From assembly GCF_036365525.1 (NCBI RefSeq), contig NC_090399.1, positions 58,188,430 through 58,252,429 of the forward strand: DNA of 64,000 nucleotides, written 5' to 3'. How positions within the stretch are numbered: the first letter of the stretch is position 1; each line of letters opens with the position of its first letter. The translations under genes and the position numbers were made by a program. Below, in pieces: positions 37,470-51,000 of the stretch. The notes beneath the pieces were generated by a model, which was not told the origin of the DNA, searched no databases, and was given only the letters and a program-made list of their open reading frames with translations. Origin of the DNA: Heterodontus francisci (Eukaryota).

Positions 37470-38140
37470 TTCTCTCCTCTCACTGCTCCCATTCTCTCTC
37501 TCTCCTCTCACTGCTCCCATTCTCTCTCTCTCTCCTCTCACTGCCCCCATTCTCTCTCTCTCTCCTCTCACAGCTCCCAATCCCTATCTCTCCTCTCACT
37601 GCTCCCATTCTCTCTCTCTCTCCTCTCACTGCCCCCATTCTCTCTCTCTCCTCTCACTGCCCCCATTCTCTCTCTCTCCTCTCACTGCCCCCATTCTCTC
37701 TCTCTCTCCTCTCACAGCTCCCAATCCCTATCTCTCCTCTCACTGCTCCCATTCTCTCTCTCTCTCCTCTCACTGCCCCCATTCTCTCTCTCTCCTCTCA
37801 CTGCCCCCATTCTCTCTCTCTCCTCTCACCTCTCACTGCCCCCATTCTCTCTCTCTCTCCTCTCACTGCCCCCATTCTCTCTCTCTCTCCTCTCACTGCC
37901 CCCATTCTCTCTCTCTCTCCTCTCACAGCTCCCAATCCCTGTCTCTCCTCTCACTGCTCCCATTCTCTCTCTCTCTCCTCTCACTGCCCCCATTCTCTCT
38001 CTCTCCTCTCACTGCCCCCATTCTCTCTCTCTCCTCTCACTCTCCCATTCTCTCTCTCTCCGCTCACTGCTCCCATTCTCTCTCTCTCTCCTCTCACTCT
38101 CCCATTCTCTCTCTCTCCGCTCACTACTCCCATTCATTCT
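37470..38140 (+). repeat. Pyrimidine-rich compound minisatellite (~31-35-bp unit containing (TC)n)
   Basis: Unit ctcactgcccccattctctctctctctc with variable TC tract length. Confidence 0.95.
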
Positions 38141-38144
38141 CCCG

Positions 38145-39280
38145 CAGCAAGTATGGCATCAAGGAGCCCGAGCAAAACTTCAGTTAATGGGAATCAGGGG
38201 GAAAACTCTCCACTGGTTGAAATCGTACCTAGCGGAAAGGAAGATGGTTGTGGTCATTGGAGATCAATCATCTGAGCTCCAGGACATCACTGCAGGAGTT
38301 CCTGAGGGTAGTGTCCTCGGCCTAACCATCTTCAGCTTCTTCTTCAATGACCTTTCTTCAAAAATAAGGTCTAGAAGTGGGGATGTTCGCTGATGATTGC
38401 ACAATGTTCAGCACCATTCGCAACTCCTCAAATACTGAAGCAGTCTGTTTAGAAATGCAGCAAGACCTGGACAATATCCAGGCTTGGGCTGATAAGTGGC
38501 AAGCAACATTCGTGCCACACAAGTGCCAGGCAATGACCATCTCCAACAAGAGTGAGTCTAACCATCTCCTCTCGACTTTCGATGGCATTACGATTGCTGA
38601 ATCCCCCATTATCAACATCCTAGGGGTTACCCTTGACCAGAAACTGAACTGGAGTAGCCATATAAATACCGTGGCTACAAGAGCAGGTCAGAGGCTAGGA
38701 ATCCCGCAGCAAGTAGCTCACCTCCTGACTCCCCAAAGCCTGTCCACCATGTACAAGGCATAAGTCAGAAGTGTGATGGAACACTCTCCACTTGCCTGGT
38801 TGGGTGCAGCTCCAACAACATTCAAGAAGCTCGACACCATCCAGGACAAAGCAGCCAGCTTGATTGGCACCCCGTCTACAAACATTCACTCCCTCCACTA
38901 CTGACACACAGTAGCAGCAGTGTGTACATCTACAAGATGCACTGCAGCAATGCACCAAGGCCACTCAGGCAGCACCTTCCAAATCCACGACCCCTACAAC
39001 CTAGAAGATAAGGGCAGCAGATGTGTGGGAACACCACAACCTTCAAGTTCCCCTCCAAGTCACACACCATCCTGACTTGGAACTATATTGCCATTCCTTC
39101 ACTGCCGCTGGGTCAAAATCCTGGAACTCCCTTCCTAACAGCACTGTGGGTGTACCTACCACACTAGGACTGTGGCTTTTCAAGAAGGTGGTTCACCACC
39201 ACCTTCTCTTGGGCAATTAGGGCTGGGCAATAAATGCTGGCCTGGCCGGTGATGCCCACAGCCCATGAAATAAATAAGAA
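38145..39280 (+). mobile_element. Family-B LINE 3' half
   Basis: VWHQGARAKL..GVPEGSVLG..FADD; same tail as the other family-B copies. Confidence 0.9.
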
Positions 39281-39366
39281 AATTACGAGTATATTACCTC
39301 ATGTTTGAGAACTTATTGAACGCCTTCTGAAAATCCAAATACACCACATCCACTGTTTCCCCCTTA

Positions 39367-39558
39367 TGATAGGTAAATTGGCCATTATATAAATTGCCCC
39401 TAGTTTAGGTAGGTGGGAGGGAAATATATGGACAGGTGGGGATGTGGTAGGAATATGGAATTAGTGTAGGATTAGTATAAATGGGAGGTTGATGGTCAGC
39501 ACAGACTCGATGGGCCGAAGGGCCTGTTTCAGTGCTGTATCTCTAAACTAAACTAAAC
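39367..39558 (+). mobile_element. HE1 SINE 3' half
   Basis: Matches ~3011-3190. Confidence 0.85.
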
Positions 39559-39664
39559 TTTCCTGCTAATTACATCCTCAAAAATACTCCAACAGGTTTG
39601 TCAAACATGATTTCCCTTTCATAAATCCATGTTGACTCTGCCCAATCCTACCATTATTTTCTAA

Positions 39665-40385
39665 TGGTTAGATTTAGTTGAGGTCCCGACGTCAGAGTCT
39701 GTGGCGGAGGACGCTGGAAGATTGTACCGGCTCCATGGCGCCCCCCCACCTCTGGGTGATGGGACCTGGCTTTACATATTTAAATTAAGTAAATGAATAA
39801 ATTTAAGTAGAATTCACAACAATCTTAGCTGCTGCACAGGATCTTCTGAGCGGTGGCCAGCACTCATGCACCTTCACTTTCCTGTCCAGGGAAAGCTGGT
39901 GCCACCGAGGTGGGGAAGTACTTCGGATTTTTACTGCAGTGGGGATGGGTTGGGGGAGGTGTCTGATCAGCATTAGTAGTATAGAGGAGTGGGGTGAAGG
40001 GGTGACCTCTGTACTTTGATCAGTTTTGGGGGGCAAAGGTCAAGACTTACAGGTAAGTGTTTTGTTGTTGGGTGGGGGGGTGGGTGCGGAAGAGAGACAA
40101 CTATTACATTTAATTATTATTGGGGGGAGAGGGGCGATAGTTTATTTTTCAGTGTAATTGGGGGGGTAGACCTTTAAAAATTTCAATGTACTGGCAGGAC
40201 TGGCTGTCCTTTAAAAACAGCGCCGAGCCTGCGCACAGGCAGCTGTTGCTGTTGTGGGCCTTGGAGAGCCCACCCCCTCCACGTGATTGGGGGGCCAGTG
40301 GAGAGAGGGAGGGGAGACCTGACTGGTATATTATGTTGGGCCACCGCAGGGTAGATTGCAGCAGCATGGCAGTGCAATTCAGCCC
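39665..40385. mobile_element. PIF/Harbinger-like MITE
   Basis: Right TIR caattcagccc, degenerate left TIR tggttagattt, imperfect 3-bp TSD taa/gaa; removing it restores the CR1. Confidence 0.6.
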
Positions 40386-40679
40386 GAAGTGTCCATTTAT
40401 CACATCCTTTATAATAGATTCTAGCCTTTTCCCTACATCTGATGTCAGGCTAACTGGTCTGTAGTTTTCTGTTTTCTCTCCTTCCTCTCTTAAATAGTGG
40501 GGTGACATTTGCTACCTTCCAATCTGCTGGAACTGCTCCAGAATCTATTACATTTTGAAAGATAACCATCAATGCATCCATTATCTCGCCAAATACCTCT
40601 TTCAACACTCTGGGATATAAATCATCAGGTCCAGAACAACTTTCAGTCCCATTAATTTCTCCAGTACTATATTTTACTA

Positions 40680-43440
40680 CCATCTGTTCCTCTGGGGGAC
40701 TTTAACACCAGGGTTGGGGCCGACCATGACTCATGGCCCTCCTGCCTTGGGCGCTATGGCATTGGAAGGATGAATGAGAATGGACAGAGACTGCTTGAGT
40801 TATGTACCTATCATAACCTCTGCATCACCAACTCATTCTTTCACACTAAACCCTGTCACCAGGTTTTATGGAGGCACCCAAGATCACGTCGTTGGCACCA
40901 GCTGGAGCTCATCATCACAAGGCGAGCCTCTATAAACAGCGTTCAAATCACCCGCAGCTTCCACAGTGCGGACTGCGACACTGACCACTCCCTGGTGTGC
41001 AGCAAGGTTAGACTCAAACCAAAGAAGCTGCATCACTCCAAGCAGAAGGGCCGCCCGCGCATCAACACGAGCAGAATTTCTCATCCACAGCTGTTACATA
41101 AGTTTCTAAATTCACTTGAAAAAGCCCTTAAAAACACTCCGACATGGGATGCAGAGACCAAGTGGGCCCACATCAGAGACGCCATCCATGACTCAGCAAT
41201 GACCATCTATGGCAAACGTGAGAAGCAGAATGCAGATTGGTTTCAATCTCACATTGAAGAGCTGGAACCTGTCATAGCCGCAAAGCGCATTGCACTGTTG
41301 AACTACAAGAAAGCCCCCAGCGAGTAAACATCCGTAGCACTTAAAGCAGCCAGAAGCACTGCACAAAGAACAGCCAGGCGCTGCACAAATGACTACTGGC
41401 AACACCTATGCAGTCATATTCAGCTGGCCTCAGACACCGGAAACATCAGAGGAATATATGATGGCATTAAGAGAGCTTTTGCGCCAACCATCAAGAAGCT
41501 CGCCCCCCCCCCTCAAATCTAAATCAGGGTCATGATCACTGACCAACGCAAGCAAATGGACCGCTGGGTGGAGCACTACCTAGAACTGTACTCCAGGGAA
41601 AATGTTGTCACTGAGACCTCCCTCAATGCAGCCCAGTCTCTGCCAGTCATGGATGAGCTGGATGTACAGCCAACAAAATCGGAACTCAGTGATGCCAATG
41701 ACTCTCTAGCCAGTGGAAAAGCACCCGGGAAGGACGGCATTACCACTGAAATAATCAAGAGTGCCAAGCCTGCTATACTCTCAGCACTCCATGAACTGCT
41801 TTGCCTGTGCTGGGACGAGGGTGCAGTACCACAGGACATGCGCAATGCCAATATCATCACCCTCTATAAGAACAAGGGTGACCGCGGTGACTGCAACAAC
41901 CACCGTGGAATCTCCCTGCTCAGCATAGTGGGGAAAGTCTTCGCTCGTGTCATTTTAAACAGGCTCCAGAAGCTTGCTGAACGTGTCTACCCTGAGGCAC
42001 AGTGCAGCTTTCGAGCAGAGAGATCTACCATTGACATGCTATTCTCCCTTCGCCAGCTGCAGGAGGAATGCCGTGAACAACAGATGCCCCTCTACGTTGC
42101 TTTCATAGATCTCACCAAAGCCTTTGACCTCATCAGCAGACGTGGTCTCTTCAGACTACTAGAAAAGATCGGATGTCCACCAACGCTACTAAGTATCATC
42201 ACCTCATTACAAGACAATCTGAAAGGCACAAATCAGCATAGCGGTGCCTCATCAGACCCCTTTCCTATCCTGAATGGCGTGAAACAGGGCTGTGTTCTCG
42301 CACCTACACCGTTTGGGATGCTCTTCTCCCTGCTGCTCTCAGATGCATTCGAGTCTTCAGAAGAAGGAATTTTCCTCCACACAAGATCAGATGGCAGGTT
42401 GTTCAACCTTGCCCGTCTAAGAGCGAAGACAAAAGTACGGAACGTCCTCACCAGGGAACGTCTCTTTCTGACGCTGCTGCATTAACATCTCACACTGAAG
42501 AGTGTCTGCAGAGACTCATTGACAGGATTGCGGCTGCCTGCAACAAATTTGGCCTTACCATCAGCCTCAGGAAAATGAACATCATGGGACAGGATGTCAG
42601 AAATGCTCCATCCATCAATATCGGTGACCACGCTCTGGAAGTGGTTCAAGAGTTCACCTACCTAGGCTCAACTATCACCAGTAACCTGTCTCTAGATGCA
42701 GAAATCAACAAGCGTATGGGAAAGGCATCCGCTGCGATGTCCAGACTGGCCGAGAGGGTGTGGCTCACTGACACGGAACACGAAAGGCCGAGTGTATCAA
42801 GCCTGTGTCCTCAGTACCTTTCTCTACGGCAGCGAGGCCTGGACAACGTATGTCAGCCAAGAGTGACGTCTCAATTCATTCCATCTTCGCTGCCTCCGGA
42901 GGGGAATCCTTGGCATCAGGTGGCAGAAGTCCTCGAGACGGCCAACATCCCCAGCATATACACCCTACTGAGCCAGCGGCCCTTAAGATGGCTTGGCCAT
43001 ATGAGCTGCATGGAAGATGGCAGGATCCCCAAGGACGCAATGTACAGCGATCTCGTCACTGGTATCAGACCCATCGGCCGCCCATGTCTCCACTTTAATG
43101 ACATCTGCAAATGCAACATGAAATCCTGTGACATTGACCACAAGTTGTGGGAGTCAGTTGCCAGTGATGGCCAGAGCTGGTGGACAGCCATAAAGGCAGG
43201 GCTAAAGACTGGCAAGTCGAAGACACTTAGCTGTTGGCAGGAAAAAAGACAGAAGCGCAAGGAGAGAGCCAACTGTGTAACAGCCCTGATAACCAATTTT
43301 ATCTGCAGGGCATGTGAAGTGTCTGTCACTCTAGAATTGGCCTTTATAGCCACTCCAGATGCTGCTTCACAAACCATTGACCACCTCCAGGTGCTTACCC
43401 ATTGTCTCTCGAGACGAGGAGGCCAAAGAAGAAGAAGATG
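40680..43440 (+). mobile_element. RTE-clade LINE, 5'-truncated, few disabling mutations
   Basis: LGDFN, NENGQRLLELC, WRHPRSRRWHQL, TDHSLV; RT motifs FIDLTKAFD and GVKQGCVLAP; (GAA)n tail; long imperfect TSD tttctccag(t/c)actat..tttac on both sides. Confidence 0.92.
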
Positions 43441-43724
43441 ATTTTCTCCAGCACTATTTTTTTTACAAATATTAATTTCTTTCAGTTTCCCATTCTCACG
43501 AGTCCCTTGGTTCTCCAGTATTTCTGGGAGGATTTTTTTTTGTACCTTCCTCCGTGAAGACAGTTACAAAGTATTTGTTTAGTTTCTCTACCATTTCCTT
43601 ATTCCCAATATAAATTCTCCTGTCTCTACCTGTAATGGGCCTGCATTTATCTCTGCTAATCTTTTCCTTTTTACATACTTATAGAAGCTTTTACAGTCTG
43701 TTTTTATGCTTCTTGCCAGTTTAC

Positions 43725-44960
43725 AAACAAAGAACAAAGAAACTTACAGCACAGGAACAGGCCCTTCGGCCCTCCAAGCCTGCGCCTATCCAGATCCTCT
43801 ATCTGAACCTGTCGCCTATTTTCTAAGGGTCTGTATCTCTTTGCTTCCTGCCCATTTATGTATCTGTCTAGATGCATCTTAAAATACGTCTATCGTGCCC
43901 GCGTCTACCACCTCCGCTGGCAACGCGTTCCAGGCACCCACCACCCTCTGCTTAAAGAACTTTCCACGCATATCCCCCCTAAACTTTTCCCCTCTCACTT
44001 TGAACTCGTGACCCCTAGTAATTGAATCCCCCACTCTGGGAAAAAGCTTCTTGCTATCCACCCTGTCTATACCTCTCATGATTTTATACACCTCAATCAG
44101 GTCCCCCTCAACCTCCGTCTTTCTCATGAAAATAATCCTAATCTACTCAACCTCTCTTCATAGCTAGCTCCCTCCATACCAGGCAACATCCTGGTGAACC
44201 TCCTCTGCACCCTCTCCAAAGCATCTACATCCTTTTGGTAATGTGGCGACCAGAACTGCATGCAGTATTCCAAATGTGGCCGAACCAAAGTCCTATACAA
44301 CTGTAACATGACCTGCCAACCCTTGTACTCAATACCCCGTCTGATGAAGGAAAGCATGCCGTATGCCTTCTTGACCACTCTATTGACCTGCGTTGCCACC
44401 TTCAGGGAACAATGGACCTGAACACCCAAATCTCTCTGTACATCAATTTTCCCCAGGACTTTTCCATTTACTGTATAGTTCACTCTTGAATTGGATCTTC
44501 CAAAATGCATCACCTCGCATTTGCCCGGATTGAACTCCATCTGCCATTTCTCTGCCCAACTCTCCAATCTATCTATATTCTGCTGTATTCCCTGACAGTC
44601 CCCTTCACTGTCTGCTACTCCACCAATCTTAGTGTCATCTGCAAACTTGCTAAACAGACCACCTATACTTTCCTCCAAATCATTTATGTATATCACAAAC
44701 AACAGTGGTCCCAGCACGGATCCCTGTGGAACACCACTGGTCACACGTCTCCATTTTGAGAAACTCCCTTCCACTGCTACTCTCTGTCTCCTGTTGCCCA
44801 GCCAGTTCTTTATCCATCTCGCTCGTACACCCTGGACCCCATGCGACTTCACTTTCTCCATCAGCCTACCATGGGGAACCTTATCAAACGCCTTACTGAA
44901 GTCAATGTATATGACATCTACAGCCCTTCCCTCATCAATCAACTTTGTCACTTCCTCAAC
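43725..44960 (-). mobile_element. Young CR1 3' part
   Basis: ORF 44124-44951 has intact RT motifs; caaagaacaaagaa tail. Confidence 0.92.
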
Positions 44961-45068
44961 GAATTCTCCCTTTCTTTATCAGTATCTTAATCCTCCTTTG
45001 CTGAATTCTAAAATGCTCCAAATCCTCAGGATTTCTACTTTTTGGTAACTTTATAAGCCCCCTCCTTT

Positions 45069-45415
45069 GAGCGGCACAGTGGCGCAGTGGTTAGCACCGC
45101 AGATTCACAGCTCCAGGGACCCGGGTTCAATTCTGGGTACTGCCTGTGCAGAGTTTGCAAGTTCTCCCTGTGTCTGTGTGGGTTTTCTCCGGGTGTTCCG
45201 GTTTCCTCCCACATGCCAAAGACTTGCAGGTTGATAGGTAAATTGGCCATTATAAATTTCCCCTAGTAGAGGTAGGTGGTAGGGAAATATAGGGACAGGT
45301 GGGGATGTAATAGGAATATGGGATTAATGTCGGATTAGTATAAATGGGTGGTTGATGGTCGGCACAGACTCGGTGGGCCGAAGGGCCTGTTTCAGTGCTG
45401 TATCTCTAAATAAAT
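45069..45415 (+). mobile_element. HE1 SINE, full length
   Basis: Near-identical to 2849-3192. Confidence 0.9.
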
Positions 45416-46646
45416 CGTACACAATCTTTAAAGTCTCGTTAGTCACAGTTGCATCACTTTTTCTCTTGGGTTTTTGTGCCTGAAAGGAATGCATATTTAT
45501 TGTAAACCATGTATTAATTCTTTAAATGCTAGCCATTGCCTTTCGACAGTCATACTTTTTAATGTAGTTTCCCAATCTACCACAGCCCAACTTGCCCCTC
45601 ATATCATCATCGTTTCCTTTGTTTAGATTTAAAACCTTAGATTCAGATTGAGCTACATCATTTTCAATCACAATGTAAAATTCTATCACATTATGGTCAT
45701 TCTTCCCTAAAGGCTCCTCTGCAATGAGACTATTAATTAGCCCTTTCTCATTGTATAATACTAGATCTAAAATAGCCCAAACTCTAGTTGGTTCCTCAAC
45801 ATACTGTTCTAGAAAAACATCTTGTATATTTTCCAGATATTCGTCCTCCACGGCATTCAGTTTACTGAGTCTATATATATATTGCAGACCCCATGATTAC
45901 TGTATTACTCTTGTTACATGCACCTCTAATTTCCCGATTTGTACTGTGTCCTACGTTACTACGTTTGGTGGCATCTAAACAAATCCCACCAATGTTTGCT
46001 GCCCCCAGCTGTTTCTTAGCTCCACCTAAACTGATTCCACATCTTGAACTTCTGATCCAAGATCCTCTCTTACTAATGTACTGATCTCATCCTTTATTAA
46101 CAACGCTACCCACCTCCTTTCCCTTTTTGCCTATCCTTCCCAAATGTCAAATACCTTTGAATATTCAGTTCCCAGCTTTGGTCATCCTGCAGCCATGTCT
46201 CTGTAAAGGTAATTAGATCATTCAATTCTCTTTGTGCCATCAATTCATCTACCTTGTTGTGAATAATATGCACATTCAGATCGAGTGCCTTTTTGACATG
46301 TTTCTGTATTTTGGCTCTACATGATGCTGGCCTTTGTTTCTGCTGCCTTCCAATTTCATGCACTACTTTTCTTCCTATCATTAGCAGCTTTGTTTCTCTA
46401 TCTGAAATTCCTCTCGGGTTCACATCCCCCAGCCAAGCTAGTTTAAACCCTCCCCAACAGCATTAGCAAATCACTCTGCGAGGATATTGGTTCTGGCCCT
46501 GCTAATGTGTAACCTGTCCTCCTTGTGCAGGTCCCACCTGCTCCAGAACCGGTCCCAATGCCTCAGAAATCTAAAGTCCTCCCTCCTGCACCATCTCTCC
46601 AGCTATGCGATCATTTGCACTATCCTCCGATTTCCGTACTCACTAG

Positions 46647-47002
46647 TAAAGGCCTGCTCGGGTATGAAATTGAAACCCGACCCGAGCCTGACCCGATCAC
46701 ATCCAACCCGAACCCAACCCGGGCCCGAGTCCTTGGATTGTTTTCTCCGCGCCCGACCCAACCCGACCCGACCCAACTACCGTAATAAACTTAATTATAT
46801 CAAACATACCTTGTCCAAATGTTGTGATTCTGCAAATTCTGCAGAATCATGCAGAAGTTCCCTCCCTGAGCAAGGTAACACTGTATCTGCGTCCAGCCCG
46901 ACCCGACCCGAGCCCGAATGCCGGACCCAGAAGAGAGACCTGACCTGATCCCAACACATGTCATCGGGTCTGGTCGGCTTCAGGTCAGGTAGCTATGCTT
47001 TA
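46647..47002. mobile_element. hAT-type MITE
   Basis: 8-bp TSD ctcactag/atcactag (46639-46646, 47003-47010); termini taaag...cttta; (acccg)n subterminal repeats. Confidence 0.75.
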
Positions 47003-47123
47003 ATCACTAGCACATGGCACCAGGAGTAATCTTGAAACTACTACCTTTTAAGTCCTAGTTTTTGATCTCTTTCCTAGCTCTCTGATATCTGCTTTCAGGA
47101 CCTCATCCCTCTTTCTACCTATG

Positions 47124-47459
47124 TTTAGAGATACAGCACTGAAACAGGCCCTTCGGCCCACCGAGTCTGTGCCGACGATCAACCACCCATTTATATTAAT
47201 CCTACACTAATCCCATATTCCTACCACATCCCCACCTGTTCCTATATTTCCCTACCACCTACCTCTACTAGGGGCAATTTATAATGGCCAATTCACCTAT
47301 CAACCTGCAAGTCTTTTGGCTGTGGGAGGAAACCGGAGCACCCGGAGGAAACCCACGCAGACACAGGGAGAACTTGCAAACTCCACACAGGCAGTACCCA
47401 GAATTGAACCCGGGTCGCTGGAGCTGTGAGGCTGCGGTGCTAACCACTGCGCCACTGTG
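47124..47459 (-). mobile_element. HE1 SINE
   Basis: Reverse complement of 2849-3192. Confidence 0.9.
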
Positions 47460-48077
47460 TATTGGTACTGATGTGGACCATGACATCGGGCTGTTCACCC
47501 TCCCCCATTGGAATGTCCTGCAGCCGCACAGTGACCTCTTTGACCCTGACACCAGGGAGGAAACATACCATTCTGGATTCACATCTATGGCCACAGAAAC
47601 GCCAGTCCGTTCCCTTAACTATTGAATTTCCTAGCACCATTGCTCTTTCACTCTTCTTCCTCCCCTCCTGTGCAGCTGAGCTACTTGTGGTGCCACGGAT
47701 TTGGCTCTGGCTGCACTTTTCTGAAGAAATATCGCCCTCATCAGCATCCAAAATGGAAAACCGGTTAGTGAGCAAGATGGACCCAGGGAACTCCTGCATT
47801 ACCTGCCTGGTCCTCCGAGACTGTCTGGTGGTCACCCAATCCCTCTCTGCCTGCACTGTCTTAACCTGTAGTGTGACCACCTCTCTAAACATGTTTTCCA
47901 CATAGTTCTCAGCCTCATAAACATGCCACAGTGACGCCAACCGTCGCTCAAGTTCTGAAACCCGGAGCTCAAGTTTCTTCAGCTGGTGATACATTCTGCA
48001 CACATGGTCATCTTCCATGGGAAGCATCCGTGACTCACAATTTCCCACATGTCACAGATTGTACATTCCACATGGCT

Positions 48078-51000
48078 GAGCTGCCTTTCATTCTTCTAAA
48101 CTCCAGAGAATATAGGCTCAATTTACTCAGCCTCTCATCAATGGACAACCCCCTCATCCCAGGGACCAATCCAGTAAATCTTCGCTGGACTGCCTTCAGT
48201 GCAAGTATATCCTTCCTTAAATGTGGAGCCCAAAACTGCACACAGTATTCCAGGTGCGGTCTCACCAAAGCCCTGTAAAATTTTAATAAGGCTTCTTTAT
48301 TCCTGTACTCCAAACCCCTTGCAATTAAGGCCAATATGCCATTTGCCTTCCTAATAGTCTGCTGCACCTGCATGTCAACTTTGTGTGTTCCTTGTACGAG
48401 TACCCACAAGTCTCTCTGAACAGTAACACTTATTAGTTTTACGCCTTTTAAAAAATATTCTGCTTTTCTATTTTTACGACCAAAGTGAAGAACTTCAGAC
48501 TTCCCTACATTATACTCCATTTGCTATCTTGTTGCCCACTCACTTAATCTTTCTATATCTCTCTTCTGCCTCTCTAAATCCTCCTTGTAGCTTACCTTTC
48601 CACCGAGCTTTGTATCATCAGCAAACTTAGATGCATTCCAAGAGTGTAAACAGCAGAGGCCTTCCAGCACTGATCCTTCCAGCACTCCACTATTAACTGG
48701 CTGTCAACTTGAAAATGCCCCATTTATGCCCATTCTCTGCTTCCTGTCTGTTAATCGACCCTCTATCCACTCTGATATATTATCCCCAACTCCATGAGCC
48801 ATTCTCTTGCCTATTAATCTTCTTTGTGGCACCTTATCAAATGCCTTTGGAAAATCTAGGTATACTACATTTACTGGTTCCCCTTTATCTATCCTACTAG
48901 TTCCATTCTCAAAAAACTTGAATAAATTTGTCAAACAGGAACTCCCTTTAGTAATAGTGATAGTGATCACAATTCGGTTAGGTTTACCTTAGCGATGGGC
49001 AGGGACAGGTATATACCGCAGGGCAAGAATTATAGCTGGGGGAAAGGAAATTATGATGCGATTAGGCAAGATTTAGGATGCATAGGATGGGGAAGGAAAC
49101 TGCAGGGGATGGGAACAATCGAAATGTGGAGCTTATTCAAGGAGCAGCTACTGCGTGTCCTTGATAAGTATGTACCTGTCAGGCAGGGAGGAATTTGTCG
49201 AGCGAGGGAGCCGTGGTTTACTAAAGAAGTTGAAGCGCTTGTCAAGAGGAAGAAGAAGGCTTATGTTAAGATGAGACGTGAAGGCTCAGTTAGGGCACTT
49301 GAGAGTTACAAGCTAGCCAGGAAGGATCTAAAGGGAGAGCTAAGAAGAGCAAGGAGAGGACACGAGAAGTCATTGGCGGATAGGATCAAGGAAAACCCTA
49401 AGGCTTTCTATAGGTATATCAGGAATAAAAGAATGACTAGAGTTAGATTAGGGCCAATCAAGGATAGTAGTGGGAAGTTGTGTGTGGAATCAGAGCAGAT
49501 AGGGGAAGCGTTAAATGAATATTTTTCGTCAGTATTTACAGTAGAGAAAGAAAATGTTGTCGAGGAGAATACTGAGATTCAGACTACTAGGCTAGATGGG
49601 ATTGAGGTTCACAAGGAGGAGGTGTTAGCAATTTTGGAAAGTGTGAAAATAGATAAGTCCCCCGGGCTGGATGGGATTTATCCTAGGATTCTCTGGGAAG
49701 CCAGGGAGGAGATTGCAGAGCCTTTGTCCTTGATCTTTATGTCGTCATTGTCGACAGGAATAGTGCCGGAAGACTGGAGGATAGCAAATGTTGTCCCCTT
49801 GTTCAAGAAGGGGAGTAGAGACAGCCCTGGTAATTATAGACCTGTGGGCCTTACTTCGGTTGTGGGTAAAATGTTGGAAAAGGTTATAAGAGACAGGATT
49901 TATAATCATCTTGAAAAGAACAAGTTCATTAGCGATAGTCAGCACGGTTTTGTGAAGGGTAGGTCGTGCCTCACAAACCTTATTGAGTTTTTCGAGAAGG
50001 TGACCAAACAGGTGGATGAGGGTAAAGCAGTGGATGTGGTGTATATGGATTTCAGTAAGGCGTTTGATAAGGTTCCCCACGGTAGGCTATTGCAGAAAAT
50101 ATGGAAGTATGGGGCTGAAGGTGATTTAGAGCTTTGGATCAGAAATTGGCTCGCTGAAAGAAGACAGAGGGTGGTGGTTGATGGCAAATGTTCATCCTGG
50201 AGTTTAGTTACTAGTGGTGTACCGCAAGGATCTGTTTTGGGGCCACTGCTGTTTGTCATTTTTATAAATGACCTGGAAGAGGGTGCAGAAGGGTGGGTTA
50301 GTAAATTTGCGGATGACACGAAGGTCGGTGGAGTTGTGGATAGTGCCGAAGGATGTTGTAGGGTACAGAGGGACATAGATAGGCTGCAGAGCTGGGCTGA
50401 GAGATGGCAAATGGAGTTTAATGCGGAAAAGTGTGAGGTGATTCACTTTGGAAGGAGTAACAGGAATGCAGAGTACTGGGCTAATGGGAAGATTCTTGGT
50501 AGTGTAGATGAATAGAGAGATCTTGGTGCCCAGGTACATAAATCCCTGAAAGTTGCTACCCAGGTTAATAGGGCTGTTAAGAAGGCATATGGTGTGTTAG
50601 CTTTTATTAGTAGGGGGATCGAGTTTCGGAGCCACGAGGTCATGCTGCAGCTGTACAAAACTCAGGTGAGACCGCACCTGGAGTATTACGTGCAGTTCTG
50701 GTCACCGCATTATAGGAAGGATGTGGAAGCTTTGGAAAGGGTGCAGAGGAGATTTACTAGGATGTTGCCTGGTATGGAGGGAAGGTCTTACGAGGAAAGG
50801 CTGAGAGACTTGAGGTTGTTTTCGTTGGAGAGAAGGAGGAGGAGAGGTGACTTAATAGAGACATATAAGATAATCAGAGGGTTAGATAGGGTGGATAGTG
50901 AGAGTCTTTTTCCTTGGATGGTGATGGCAAACACGAGGGGACATAGCTTTAAGTTGAGGGGTGATAGATATAGGACAGATGTTCGAGGTAGTTTCTTTAC

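Larger units (their letters stand above)
39290..48075 (-). mobile_element. Old long CR1 LINE (ORF1 through part of RT) fragmented by nested insertions
   Basis: ORF1 47440-48048 has zinc-finger/zipper and SGNH-esterase-like motifs (VLGNSIVKG..MVCFLPG..VHISTN). Endonuclease at 45522-46300 (TETWL, ILDLVL, NDHNVIEF). RT-proximal pieces at 40386-40680 and 39290-39664 are colinear. Confidence 0.75.

Noticed and set aside
37340-38393. ORFs of 252-336 aa
   Set aside because: TC-rich minisatellite translation fused to a LINE RT fragment.
48995-50515. RT ORF as a retron, DGR or other prokaryotic RT system
   Set aside because: Motifs and 3' tail are those of a CR1 non-LTR retrotransposon.
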